64,000 bases of DNA from Acholeplasmataceae bacterium. Its GTDB lineage: Bacteria > Bacillota_I > Bacilli_A > Acholeplasmatales > Acholeplasmataceae. Location of the stretch: NCBI GenBank assembly GCA_963675245.1, contig OY775910.1, positions 576,001 through 640,000 on the forward strand. Direction: 5' to 3'. Position numbers and translations under genes: made by a program. The notes beneath the pieces are model-generated. The model had not been told where the DNA came from. It ran no database searches and was given only the letters and a program-made list of their open reading frames with translations. This document shows positions 44,151 through 59,239 of this stretch, in pieces (the first letter of the stretch is position 1; each line of letters opens with the position of its first letter).

Positions 44151-45088
44151 GATATGTGCCTACGTTTCTTAATATCAGATGCGAGTTGTTTAATCTTTTG
44201 AATACGATGATTAAGTCCTGATTTACTAATTGACTCACCATACTTAGTTGTATACTCATCTGCTAATTCTCTTAAATTAATATCTGGATATTGTTTTCTT
44301 AAGTCGATGATTTGTTTCACCTTAGGGTCAATTTCTTCTTTTTTCATATATTTGTTAATGAGTTTAATGTCATTCAATTGATCCCTGGCTGCATCGAGTG
44401 TTTTCTTTTCGTTTGCGACTTCGCAATTGATCACACGATTAATCGAATTATTAAAATCTCTTTTAATCCGAATATCTTCATATAGAAACATTGCATTTTG
44501 GGCACCGACAATCTGTAAAAACATACTGATACCTTCTGCATCTTTTAAATATACGATATAACCGTTTCTTCTTTTCGCGATTTTCGCATTTAAATCAAAG
44601 CTATTCATTAAACCTTGAATAAAAATGATTAAATTAGCGTTATTTGAAAATATTTCTAAATGATATTCTGCAGTTTTCGGATGATTCACAGAGCCACTAG
44701 ATAAAAATGCCGCCCTCAAATAAGCTTTTTTAGCTTCAGGTGATTGTGTTAATAATTCTTCTGCTTCAAGGTTATTTTCTAATAAACTGTGTTCATTTAA
44801 AATATCTTCAACTTTAGATTGAATGCTTACAATCACGGTTTGTCTTTTTTTAAGTTTCGTTTGTTTTTGTGTAATGAGTTGAATTTCTGCTTGATAAAGT
44901 GTTCTGATTAACTGCAAAAACCGTTTTGCAACGGTTGGGTTGTTCGTTTTAAAATCAAGACTTTTGTGTTTTGATTCTATATGTAATTCAGTGTTTAAGT
45001 TCAAGAACGCAGCACATTCAGCTAATTGTTCTTCCAACTCAACCGGAATTGTTACCAATTCCTCTTTAACAGTTTTTGCAAAACTCAT
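44147..45088 (-). CDS. whiA: DNA-binding protein WhiA
   Basis: MSFAKTVKEEL, YLRAAFL..GSVNHP...YHLE, NRVINCEVAN and SKSGLNHR. Confidence 0.95.
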   Translation of the reverse strand: MSFAKTVKEELVTIPVELEEQLAECAAFLNLNTELHIESKHKSLDFKTNNPTVAKRFLQLIRTLYQAEIQLITQKQTKLKKRQTVIVSIQSKVEDILNEHSLLENNLEAEELLTQSPEAKKAYLRAAFLSSGSVNHPKTAEYHLEIFSNNANLIIFIQGLMNSFDLNAKIAKRRNGYIVYLKDAEGISMFLQIVGAQNAMFLYEDIRIKRDFNNSINRVINCEVANEKKTLDAARDQLNDIKLINKYMKKEEIDPKVKQIIDLRKQYPDINLRELADEYTTKYGESISKSGLNHRIQKIKQLASDIKKRRHIS

Positions 45089-45089
45089 A

Positions 45090-46004
45090 TTATTCTAACG
45101 ATTCTAAGTAACGTAAGCAATTTTGAGCAGCAACGGCACCGTCACCGGTTGCTGTAACAACCTGTCTGATTTGTTTAACGGTCACATCACCTGCTGCAAA
45201 TATGCCAGGTACTTTCGTTTCCATCTTTTCGTTTGCTTCAATATAACCAAATTTATTTGTAATGCCTAAATCTTTAATCATATCTGTAACAGGAATTAAA
45301 CCAACGTATTCAAATACACCATCAGCTTCAATGGTCGTTTCTTTACCGTTTTCGTCTTTAATAACAACACCTGTTAACCCCTTGTCATCTTTTAAGAATT
45401 TTGAAACAAGTGACGAATAATGAAAGTCAACATTTTTTTGTTTATATAACAGGTCTTGTGCTTTTTTATCAGCCGTTAATGTCGCTAAGTTTTGTACGAC
45501 TGTGACATGTGTTGCAAGTGTAGCTAAATAATTTGCTTCTTCTACAGCACTGTTGCCACCACCAATGACGACGACTTTTCTGTCTTTGTATAATGGACCA
45601 TCACAGATAGCACACCAGCTAATACCGTTAGCTGCAAGCTCATCTTCATTTTCAACACCTAAGCGTCTTGGTACTGTACCAGAGGCAATAATCACTGCTT
45701 TAGTTTCATATGAACCATTTGGTGTTACTAATTTTTTAACTTTTCCATCAAGTTCAATGTTGGTTACTTCATCATAAATCACTTCAATATCTAATTGGTA
45801 TGCATGATCAATCATCATCGTTGCTAATTCGAAACCAGCTACTTTTTTAGCACCCGTATAATTTTCAATTTCATTCGTGTTCACCAGTTGTCCACCTGGT
45901 GTTCCTTTTTCAAACATCGCGACTTTTAAATTCGCACGTTTCGCATAGATAGCTGCAGTAATCCCTGCAGGACCTGCACCAATAATTAATACGTCATAAA
46001 GCAT
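45090..46004 (-). CDS. trxB: Thioredoxin-disulfide reductase
   Basis: GAGPAG, CAICDG, GGGNSAVEEA and AAGDV. Confidence 0.95.
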   Translation of the reverse strand: MLYDVLIIGAGPAGITAAIYAKRANLKVAMFEKGTPGGQLVNTNEIENYTGAKKVAGFELATMMIDHAYQLDIEVIYDEVTNIELDGKVKKLVTPNGSYETKAVIIASGTVPRRLGVENEDELAANGISWCAICDGPLYKDRKVVVIGGGNSAVEEANYLATLATHVTVVQNLATLTADKKAQDLLYKQKNVDFHYSSLVSKFLKDDKGLTGVVIKDENGKETTIEADGVFEYVGLIPVTDMIKDLGITNKFGYIEANEKMETKVPGIFAAGDVTVKQIRQVVTATGDGAVAAQNCLRYLESLE

Positions 46005-46022
46005 TGTTTTATAGTCTCCTTA

Positions 46023-46655
46023 CTAAATAATATCTTTTAAATTGCTGAGATCGTCAATGACGAAATCAGGAAATTCATTTAACATTTGTTGTAAACGATA
46101 TGAATATGTGACCGCACATGACGTCATGCCAGCACGTTTCGCTGCAATCATATCGTTTTCATGATCACCCACATAAATAGCATCACTTGCTTTTGTATCA
46201 AATACCTCTAAAGCCTTTAATAATGGATCTGGGTGCGGTTTGTGTTTTTCAACATCATCGTAACCGATTAATCCGTCAATTAAATTTGATAGTTTTGTAA
46301 TATCCAAATGATGAGAAGCCACTTTATTTATCTTAGATGTGACAACACCCACTTTACAACCCTGATCCTTTAAGTATTTAATCGTCTCATGGGCATTTGG
46401 ATATGCTTCTAATTCTTTTTCTAATAAGGCTTCACTCGCCATTCTATAATAGGTAATGATTTCTTCTATGAGTGCGTCATCATCTGTATATTCACCAAAT
46501 GTTTGCCATAACGTTGTGCCTAAAAAACTCGTTACTTTTTCTTCTGTAAGTTCGACATCTGGAAAATATCTTTTAAATGTCATTTTGAAAACTTCTAATA
46601 TAATACCCGTAGAACGAATGAGTGTACCATCTAAATCAAACAGTACTAGTTTCAT
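46023..46655 (-). CDS. ppaX: HAD-family hydrolase (PpaX-like pyrophosphatase)
   Basis: FDLDGTL, KPHPDP, YVGD...D; hprK-lgt-ppaX synteny. Confidence 0.8.
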   Translation of the reverse strand: MKLVLFDLDGTLIRSTGIILEVFKMTFKRYFPDVELTEEKVTSFLGTTLWQTFGEYTDDDALIEEIITYYRMASEALLEKELEAYPNAHETIKYLKDQGCKVGVVTSKINKVASHHLDITKLSNLIDGLIGYDDVEKHKPHPDPLLKALEVFDTKASDAIYVGDHENDMIAAKRAGMTSCAVTYSYRLQQMLNEFPDFVIDDLSNLKDII

Positions 46656-47604
46656 CTATTTTTACCAATAAATCATAGTAATATGGTTGATTTTTAATGA
46701 AATAATGTTTTAAAACAATGATTAAAATACCACCCAACATGAGCACACCAAAGCTAAGAGCGATATTTGTTGGGATACTTGTTCCGGGAATCATTAATGC
46801 ATCCCCGTCTTCTCCGAGTGTACGAAGTGGTTCAATTAAAGCTCCTCTACCCAAGCCATACCAAATGAGGTAGACGCCCATTAAATCGCCTACTTTAAAC
46901 CATTTCTTTCTTCTAGCGATGAGTAAGAATACTAAACCTACAAAGTTCCACGCACCCTCATATAAGAAAGTCGGATGATGAATTACACCGTTAATCGTCA
47001 TTTGTTCTTTGATGAAATGAGGTAATATGTTCAATACGAAAGATCCGTCAGCAATTGCTGGTCCATATGCTTCAGCATTCATGAAGTTTCCCCAACGGCC
47101 AGCGATTTGACCCACAAGAAAACCAACAGCTAAAATATCTGCAACCAACCAAAAACTCACTTTTTTGTGTCTCGTGAGGAAGAATAAAGCAATGATTGTG
47201 ACGATGACTGCGCCATGAATAGCGAGTCCCCCTCTAGTTATATTGATATAATCAAAAAAGGTATTATAGTTTGGATACGGATCAAAAATAATGTAATAAA
47301 GTCTAGCACCAACGATAGATAAAGGCACACATAAAAGTAGTCCGTCAAATAAGATGTTTGTGTCTAACCCAACTCTTTTAAATTCAAAGTAGGCAAGTAT
47401 ACCCCCACCGGTAATACCATATAAAATAAATAGTGCATACCATTGAATCGCTAAACCACTTGATCCAAATCTAATAGCAGTTTCTTCATATGGATAACCA
47501 CTCTGTGTTAATGTCGCTATTAGTATTAACGTAATTAACCCTAGAAATACACCACCATATAATAATATAGGTTGTTTGTACTTATTTATAAAATCAGTCA
47601 TCAT
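46636..47604 (-). CDS. lgt: Prolipoprotein diacylglyceryl transferase
   Basis: GARLYY, GGLAIHG, GRWGNFMNAEAYG and HPTFLYE. Confidence 0.96.
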   Translation of the reverse strand: MMTDFINKYKQPILLYGGVFLGLITLILIATLTQSGYPYEETAIRFGSSGLAIQWYALFILYGITGGGILAYFEFKRVGLDTNILFDGLLLCVPLSIVGARLYYIIFDPYPNYNTFFDYINITRGGLAIHGAVIVTIIALFFLTRHKKVSFWLVADILAVGFLVGQIAGRWGNFMNAEAYGPAIADGSFVLNILPHFIKEQMTINGVIHHPTFLYEGAWNFVGLVFLLIARRKKWFKVGDLMGVYLIWYGLGRGALIEPLRTLGEDGDALMIPGTSIPTNIALSFGVLMLGGILIIVLKHYFIKNQPYYYDLLVKIDETSTV

Positions 47605-48526
47605 CTTTGTCCTTTCCGCTTGCTTTTCTAGCAACTGCTTCTGCTAACTCCATCGCTGCATGATGGCCAAGATATTTTAATTTTTGATTCATTGCTGCAC
47701 TTTCTACAAGTGTTGCAGCATTTCTACCAGGTAAAATTGGAATCGTCACTTTAGCGATTTCCGTATTGAAATATTTAACCATTTCGGTTTCTAAACCTAA
47801 TCTGTCATATTCCTTACCTTCTTTCCACTGTTCCAATTCAACGACAAGACGAATCTTTTTGTTTTCACGATAAGCACCTGCGCCAAACATGGAAACAACG
47901 TCAACAATACCAATACCTCTGACTTCAATATATCGTTCTAGTAATTCTGGTGCATTACCTACAAGATTACCGGGTGAGGCTTCGAAAATATCAACACGGT
48001 CATCAGAAATTAGTATATGTCCTCGTTTAATTAATTCAAGTGCAACTTCACTTTTACCAATACCGCTCGCACCAACAATTAACGTACCCATACCATGGAT
48101 GTCAACTAAAACACCATGAACGCTCATCCTCGGTGCAAGTTTTGAATGTAAGTAAGCGTAGAGCAAACTAAATAATGGTGTTGTACGCATATCAGATTTT
48201 AATATAGCGACATTAAATTCCTCACCTAAATCGAGAAACATAGGTTCAACTTCAACATTGATGCTAAAAATAATGCCTGGAGGTTGGTGTGACATAATAT
48301 CAGATATTCTTTCTCTTCTAATATCAGGTGGTAATAATTGCATGAATTGATATTCTTTTGAACCAATTAAGATCATACGATCCTTATCAAAAAAATCAAG
48401 AAACCCTGCCATTTCTACACCTGGTCTAGAAAGCATTTCTGCTGTTACTTGTCTTTCAAGTGCTTTTTCTCCAGCCAACACTTTAAGATTAAAATCTTTC
48501 ACGAGATGTTTAACTTTTAGTTTCAC
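47594..48526 (-). CDS. hprK: HPr(Ser) kinase/phosphorylase
   Basis: HGVLVDI.G.G.LI.GASGIGKSE.ALEL, DDRV, EVRGIGI; GTG start with SD AGGAGG. Confidence 0.96.
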   Translation of the reverse strand: MKLKVKHLVKDFNLKVLAGEKALERQVTAEMLSRPGVEMAGFLDFFDKDRMILIGSKEYQFMQLLPPDIRRERISDIMSHQPPGIIFSINVEVEPMFLDLGEEFNVAILKSDMRTTPLFSLLYAYLHSKLAPRMSVHGVLVDIHGMGTLIVGASGIGKSEVALELIKRGHILISDDRVDIFEASPGNLVGNAPELLERYIEVRGIGIVDVVSMFGAGAYRENKKIRLVVELEQWKEGKEYDRLGLETEMVKYFNTEIAKVTIPILPGRNAATLVESAAMNQKLKYLGHHAAMELAEAVARKASGKDKDDD

Positions 48527-49056
48527 TTTTTGCCTCCTGTAAATGAAATACGTTTTGTATATACCCAACGTCTTAAATACGTTGATAGCACAAGTCTAAA
48601 GAACGTGAATCCAATCGTAAATATAATGAGCCTCACAATGTTGGAAAAATGAAAACCACCTTGTAAGATTAAATCCACGAGATATAGCATCACAAATGTA
48701 GTAATAACGGATAGCAATCCAAAACTATACAAGATTGCACGAAATGCATATCGAAACATTAATATCTTTACAAGATTTTCCATGAGTGTTAGTAAGACTG
48801 CAGCCAATAAGAAACTTGCGATGTTATCCATCTCTACAAGTGGATCGCCAATACCAATAGATAATCCCATCACTACTGCTAAAATCAATGTGTTCACTGC
48901 TAAAGAAAGTGTTAGATGAACAAAATAATCCCTATGTAGCATGAAACCAAAATTTGTGAATGTTCTTTTTTTACTATTCTGTTGTTTTAATTCTTCAATT
49001 AAACGCTTTAATTCTTCTTCCGTTTTTTTATCCGGATCTTGTCGATTGTTATTCAC
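48523..49056 (-). CDS. YvlD-like 4-TM membrane protein (phage-holin-4 superfamily-like)
   Basis: Four TM segments, positioned immediately upstream of hprK as in many Bacillota. Confidence 0.55.
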   Translation of the reverse strand: MNNNRQDPDKKTEEELKRLIEELKQQNSKKRTFTNFGFMLHRDYFVHLTLSLAVNTLILAVVMGLSIGIGDPLVEMDNIASFLLAAVLLTLMENLVKILMFRYAFRAILYSFGLLSVITTFVMLYLVDLILQGGFHFSNIVRLIIFTIGFTFFRLVLSTYLRRWVYTKRISFTGGKK

Positions 49057-49095
49057 GTTAGCCCCCTATACATCATAACATAAAACTTTATTTTT

Positions 49096-53914
<4,819 letters not shown>

Positions 53915-53943
53915 TCAATAATTTAGGTGAAATCCTTTATTCA

Positions 53944-55206
53944 TCAGAAGGTTTTATCATATGATAATAGATCGCGTTTTAGCTCTTTTATAAATATTGA
54001 CTTTAAGAGATGCTTGGAATCGTTGTTAAACCTAACAAATGAAAGATATAAAAAGTGTTTAGCACGTGTCATTCCAACAAAAAATAAGCGTCTTTCCTCT
54101 TGTAAATCTAGGTTCGTTTTCGCATGATAAGATGGTATAGATCCTTGTTCTAAACCAATGATGAAAACGACTGAAAATTCAAGTCCTTTTGCTTGGTGTA
54201 ATGTGAGTAGATTTATCGCCTTTTGAGATACAGAATTAGCGGAATTATCATGATATGCTATATCAAGATAATTCATTTTCTCTTTGAGTGTATAACACCG
54301 ATTATGATTACGAAATAAGACTGCAATATCATTAGCCGTAACACCTTTTTTTAGATGTTCTTCTATGCATTTGCACACGTATTTTGACTCATCGTTTTCA
54401 TTCAAACTTTCAATCAGAAACTGCTTATAGTTATGGTTGTTGTCGGTGACAAGTATTTTCTTATATCTGTTATTATTTCTCTTTATAAGGCTATTTGCCA
54501 GTGTTAAAATGTGATTCGTTGAACGATAATTCATTGTTAATTTTAAAACCTTAGCTTGATAATCTTTAATATATGAATTGATGATTTGAGCGTGAGCACC
54601 ACGAAATTTATAAATGCTTTGATCTGGATCTCCGACACACAAGACATTCGTCTTTTTTGTGATTAATTTTTTGATAATCATGTATTGTAAATAGTTCGTG
54701 TCTTGAAATTCATCAATGAAAATATAATCATAATTCACATAACGTTTTAATTTATGAAAATGATGATGAAAATCAATGAGTAAGTCATCAAAATCTTTTT
54801 CGTTTTTTTCTACTAAAATTGATTGATATACGTGATATTCTTTTGGCTTTTTTTGTCTATAAAAACTATTTTTATATCTTGTAATTAAAAGTAGTGATTC
54901 TTCTTTAATTGGTATGTCTTCAGAGATGATATGATAACTATAATCCAAATGTTCTTTTAACTTCTGAAAACAAAATTGATGGAATGTGTGAATAGCAATG
55001 TTTTCATTTTTAACACGTTCTCTCATTTCATTTGATGCTCGATTTGTGAATGTAATTGCGAGTATTTTATCTGGACTAACACCCGTTGAAACTAGGTGTT
55101 TAATGCGTTCAACAATCACTCTTGTTTTACCTGTACCTGCTCCTGCTAACAAAAAGAGAAAGGGCTCATTTGTATAGACCACTTTCTTTTGTAATTGATT
55201 TAACAT
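53944..55206 (-). CDS. Short UvrD/Rep-family (SF1A) helicase
   Basis: AGAGTGKT, DEFQD, VGDPDQSIY.FRGA, NYRS, TLHQAKGLEF and EERRLFFVGMTRA in only 420 aa. Confidence 0.9.
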   Translation of the reverse strand: MLNQLQKKVVYTNEPFLFLLAGAGTGKTRVIVERIKHLVSTGVSPDKILAITFTNRASNEMRERVKNENIAIHTFHQFCFQKLKEHLDYSYHIISEDIPIKEESLLLITRYKNSFYRQKKPKEYHVYQSILVEKNEKDFDDLLIDFHHHFHKLKRYVNYDYIFIDEFQDTNYLQYMIIKKLITKKTNVLCVGDPDQSIYKFRGAHAQIINSYIKDYQAKVLKLTMNYRSTNHILTLANSLIKRNNNRYKKILVTDNNHNYKQFLIESLNENDESKYVCKCIEEHLKKGVTANDIAVLFRNHNRCYTLKEKMNYLDIAYHDNSANSVSQKAINLLTLHQAKGLEFSVVFIIGLEQGSIPSYHAKTNLDLQEERRLFFVGMTRAKHFLYLSFVRFNNDSKHLLKSIFIKELKRDLLSYDKTF

Positions 55207-55248
55207 ATGACCACCTCTATTTATATTATTGAAGTGGTCAAGTGATTA

Positions 55249-57324
55249 CTATTTTTTAATTTTTTTGATGGCTGGATGACTTTCGAGTATTTGTTTGATA
55301 CCATGTGGCATAGCAAAAGCAATCGTCGCTACATCTTCTTCGACTTTGATGACAACACCTTTTCCAAAAACTTGATGTTCAACGTGGTCTCCCATTTTAA
55401 GTATGTGGCTGCCATTATCAAAAATAATTGGTTTTTCTTTCGGTTGATCAAGTCTTGATTCATCAATGAATCTTGATGGATAACCTAGTCTTTTCTGTCC
55501 ATACACTAATCTTTGATTAGCGTGTGTCATATAAATTTTTTCTTTCGCACGCGTGATGCCTACGTACGCGACGCGACGCTCTTCCTCCAGATCAACTGCA
55601 CTATATTTTGCATTGTCATTTGGAAATATACCTTCTTCCATAACAACCATAAATACGACCTTAAACTCTAGTCCTTTGACTTGATGATACGTGGATAACT
55701 TAACGTGGTTTTCTTCTGTGACATCTTGATCAAGATCCGAATATAATGCAATCTGATCAAGTTGTTGTTGAAGTTTTTCATAAAAATTACCTTCATAATA
55801 TAAATCTCCGCGCACAAATACAGATTGTAATTCTTTAAGATTATCAATACGATTATCGGCGATTTCACTATCTTCAGCTTTCAGCATAGCGACATAGCCC
55901 GTTCTTTCCATCACATACGCCATGATTTGCGATAACTCTGTCATCCCAAAAAATGCTTCGCTAATATCTTCGATCATTTTCTTGAAATCGCTTAATCCCG
56001 TCATAGCTGCTGGTGAAAGTGACATATAATTAATCGCGTCAAACATTGAAATACCTAGTTCTCTCGCTTTATCAACTAATCGTTGCACTGTGACTTGTCC
56101 AATGCCTCTTTTAGGTACGTTAATGATTCTTTTTAGATAAAAATCTTGGTTATGATCAAGGGCTACTCTGATAAATGCGAGCGCATCTTTGATTTCTCTT
56201 CTTTCGTAGAAAGAGATACCACCATAAATAATATATGGCATATTTTCTTTCATCATCGTATCTTCAAAGAGTCTTGAAAGAGCATTGTTTCTGTATAAAA
56301 CAACAATGTCATCATATCGATATCCTTGTCGTACGAGACTATTAATTTCATTAATTACATAAAACGTTTCACGATAATCATTTGGTGCAACATAGTATGT
56401 AATATCTAAACCTGTTCCTAAATCACTTTCCAAATTTTTAGCACTCGGTCTATTAAAGTTGTATGAAATAAGTTTATTTGCTGATTGTAATATCTTAGTT
56501 GTGGATCTATAATTTTTATCTAAAATGACTTTTTCTGCATGAAAATCGCGAATAAACAATTCACTGTTCATGTAGTTCGCTCCTCTGAAACTATAAATAC
56601 TTTGATCGGGATCACCAACAACGAAAATATTTCTGTGTTTAGCACCTAAAATTTTTAATAGTTTATATTGAACGATATCTGTATCTTGAAACTCGTCTAC
56701 TAAAATATGTTCAAAATCTGTTTGGTATCTATCTCTTAAATGTGGATACTCAGTAAATAACTCAAGTGGGTACAGCAATAAGTCATCGAAATCAACTAAT
56801 TGATTGTCATACAAATATTGTTGATATTTCTTATAGATTTTTTCTTCATTTGTTTGATCAAATTTAGGTAATCTTTTCGTCTTGAATAGTGCAATTAGAT
56901 TCTTTAAGTTTTTAATCGAGAATTGTCTGACATCTAACCCAAGTTCCTTGATCGCATCACTGATAATTTTTCTACCGTCTTCTTCATCAATGACATTGAA
57001 TGTCACTTTATACCCATAGGGTAACTCAGCAATATGTCTTCTGAGAATTTGCAAACCAAACGCGTGAAATGTATATAACCACACATCAATCGCGTGTGGA
57101 CCAGTCATGTCGATGACTCGCTCCTTCATTTCACGTGCTGCTTTATTGGTAAACGTCACGGCTAATATGCGCTTCGCTTCAACACCGTTCATGATAAGAT
57201 AAGCAATCCTAGCTGTGAGTGTTCTTGTTTTTCCTGTTCCGGCACCAGCAACAACAAAAAGCGGCCCACCTGGGTGGACGACCGCTTTCAATTGCGATTC
57301 ATTTAGTGTCGCTAGCCAATTCAT
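55249..57324 (-). CDS. pcrA: ATP-dependent DNA helicase PcrA/UvrD
   Basis: Full SF1A motif set, 2B domain (FYERREIKD...INVPKRGIG) and C-terminal Tudor-like HQVFGKG. Confidence 0.92.
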   Translation of the reverse strand: MNWLATLNESQLKAVVHPGGPLFVVAGAGTGKTRTLTARIAYLIMNGVEAKRILAVTFTNKAAREMKERVIDMTGPHAIDVWLYTFHAFGLQILRRHIAELPYGYKVTFNVIDEEDGRKIISDAIKELGLDVRQFSIKNLKNLIALFKTKRLPKFDQTNEEKIYKKYQQYLYDNQLVDFDDLLLYPLELFTEYPHLRDRYQTDFEHILVDEFQDTDIVQYKLLKILGAKHRNIFVVGDPDQSIYSFRGANYMNSELFIRDFHAEKVILDKNYRSTTKILQSANKLISYNFNRPSAKNLESDLGTGLDITYYVAPNDYRETFYVINEINSLVRQGYRYDDIVVLYRNNALSRLFEDTMMKENMPYIIYGGISFYERREIKDALAFIRVALDHNQDFYLKRIINVPKRGIGQVTVQRLVDKARELGISMFDAINYMSLSPAAMTGLSDFKKMIEDISEAFFGMTELSQIMAYVMERTGYVAMLKAEDSEIADNRIDNLKELQSVFVRGDLYYEGNFYEKLQQQLDQIALYSDLDQDVTEENHVKLSTYHQVKGLEFKVVFMVVMEEGIFPNDNAKYSAVDLEEERRVAYVGITRAKEKIYMTHANQRLVYGQKRLGYPSRFIDESRLDQPKEKPIIFDNGSHILKMGDHVEHQVFGKGVVIKVEEDVATIAFAMPHGIKQILESHPAIKKIKK

Positions 57325-57339
57325 GGCATCCCAACTCTC

Positions 57340-58974
57340 TTATTTTTGATAACTGCTCTTTAGTGGCACAGTTTCATTAAACACAAGACTACCTTGTGTT
57401 GTATCATCGTCAGTTGTGAAATATCCAATTCTCATAAACTGATATTTATCTTGAATCTTTGTGTCTTTTAATGCTGCTTCAACAAACCCATGTTTAATTT
57501 CTAAAGAATCTTCATTAAATCGATCCATTAATTCGCTTGATTCATCTTCTGATAACATTGGTTGATAAATATTAAATTGAGCTGGTACCCCTTGGGTAGC
57601 CTCTACGAAATGGATAGTCCCATTAGGTTTACGCGCATCAAAGCCTGATCCACTTCTTGTTTCTGGATCGTAGGTTGCTAACACTTCGATAATGTCACCA
57701 TCGCTGTTATACTTAACATCGACAGCTTTGATAAAATAAGCATAAAATAATCTTACTTCGCCACCTAAATAAAGTCTTTTGAACTTTTTGTTAGGTTTTT
57801 CTAATGCGAAATCATCTTTTTCAATGTAAATATGTTTTGAAAATGGTATATCTCTACTGCCAAATTCTGGATGTTCTTTGTGATACTCTTCATTGAAATA
57901 TTCAATTTTTCCATCAGGGTAATTTGTAATAGTGACCTTTAACGGATTAATCACGGCCATCACTCTGTTAGCTTTATCTGATAAATCGTTTCTAACAGCT
58001 GCTTCAAGCATATCTGCGCCAACTGTAGAATTTACTTTTGATAGTCCTGTGGATAAAATAAATGTTTTAATGGCATCAGGTGTGTAACCGCGACGACGCA
58101 TACCTGATAACGTAGGCATTCTTGGATCATCCCAACCTTTGACCTTCCCTTGTTCCACAAGAGCACGTAAAAATCTTTTTGATAAAACTGTATTTTCGAT
58201 ATTTAATCTGCCAAACTCGATTTGTCTTGGTTGAGCAGGCATATCTGTTTCTCTTACGAACCAATCGTAAAGTGGTCTATGATCTTCAAATTCAAGTGAA
58301 CATAATGAGTGTGTAATGTATTCAACTGCATCTTCTAATGGATGTGCAAAATCATACATTGGGTAAATTACCCACTTGTTACCAGTTCTGTGGTGCTCAG
58401 CATGTACAATACGATAAACAACAGGATCTCTCATGTTCATGTTGGGTGAAGCCATATCAATCTTGGCACGTAAAACACATTCACCTTCAGCAAATTCACC
58501 ATTTTTCATTTTGTCGAATAATGCTAAATTTTCTTCAATGGATGTATCACGATAAGGTGAGTTCTGTCCCGGTGTTGTTACATCACCACGCGTATTAGAT
58601 ATCAATTCTGCTGATTGGAAATCAACATATGCTAATCCTTTTTTGATTAAAATGATGGCACGCTCATACATTTCTGTGAAATAGTCAGAAGCGAAAAGAA
58701 TATGTTTAGGATCATAACCCAACCATCTAATGTCTCTTTCGATTGATTTGACATACACATCATCTTCTTTTTCTGGATTTGTGTCATCATATCTCAAATT
58801 TGTATATCCACCAAAGTATTTTGCTAGTTCAAAATTAGTCACAACAGCTCGTGCATGACCAATATGTAAGAACCCATTGGGTTCTGGTGGAAAACGTGTT
58901 ATGATTTTGTCGTGTTTTTTAGATTCAAGATCATTTTCAATGATTGTCTTGATGAAATTTGATTGATTTTCCAT
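57340..58974 (-). CDS. glnS: Glutamine--tRNA ligase
   Basis: TRFPPEPNGFLHIGH, YPMYDFAH, THSLCSLEF, LSKR and GWDDPRMPT. Confidence 0.97.
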   Translation of the reverse strand: MENQSNFIKTIIENDLESKKHDKIITRFPPEPNGFLHIGHARAVVTNFELAKYFGGYTNLRYDDTNPEKEDDVYVKSIERDIRWLGYDPKHILFASDYFTEMYERAIILIKKGLAYVDFQSAELISNTRGDVTTPGQNSPYRDTSIEENLALFDKMKNGEFAEGECVLRAKIDMASPNMNMRDPVVYRIVHAEHHRTGNKWVIYPMYDFAHPLEDAVEYITHSLCSLEFEDHRPLYDWFVRETDMPAQPRQIEFGRLNIENTVLSKRFLRALVEQGKVKGWDDPRMPTLSGMRRRGYTPDAIKTFILSTGLSKVNSTVGADMLEAAVRNDLSDKANRVMAVINPLKVTITNYPDGKIEYFNEEYHKEHPEFGSRDIPFSKHIYIEKDDFALEKPNKKFKRLYLGGEVRLFYAYFIKAVDVKYNSDGDIIEVLATYDPETRSGSGFDARKPNGTIHFVEATQGVPAQFNIYQPMLSEDESSELMDRFNEDSLEIKHGFVEAALKDTKIQDKYQFMRIGYFTTDDDTTQGSLVFNETVPLKSSYQK

Positions 58975-59059
58975 AATAACATGTAAGATTTAAAGTGTAT
59001 TAAGTTAGTTACTTAAGTCTTTAAATCTTTACTCCTTTCGTTCTAATTTAATATACTAA

Positions 59060-59216
59060 TAATGTACTGTGGATCTGTGTCATATTTTTATAACCTAGAC
59101 TATTTTGAGGTGACGCTTACCACGGTCTTTATTTTAATCAGCAATAGTTAGTTAGCGGAAGACGCTTTTTACATGATTATGAGATAAAGACGCTGCTGGA
59201 CTTACCACACGTACAA
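59060..59216 (+). ncRNA. Putative IS110 bridge RNA (target- and donor-binding loops)
   Basis: Structured left-end region with segments matching the target flank (59104-59114) and both donor ends (59143-59150, 59169-59175); exact transcript ends unknown. Confidence 0.7.
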
Positions 59217-59239
59217 ATTTAATTCTTGGAGGTGTACTT

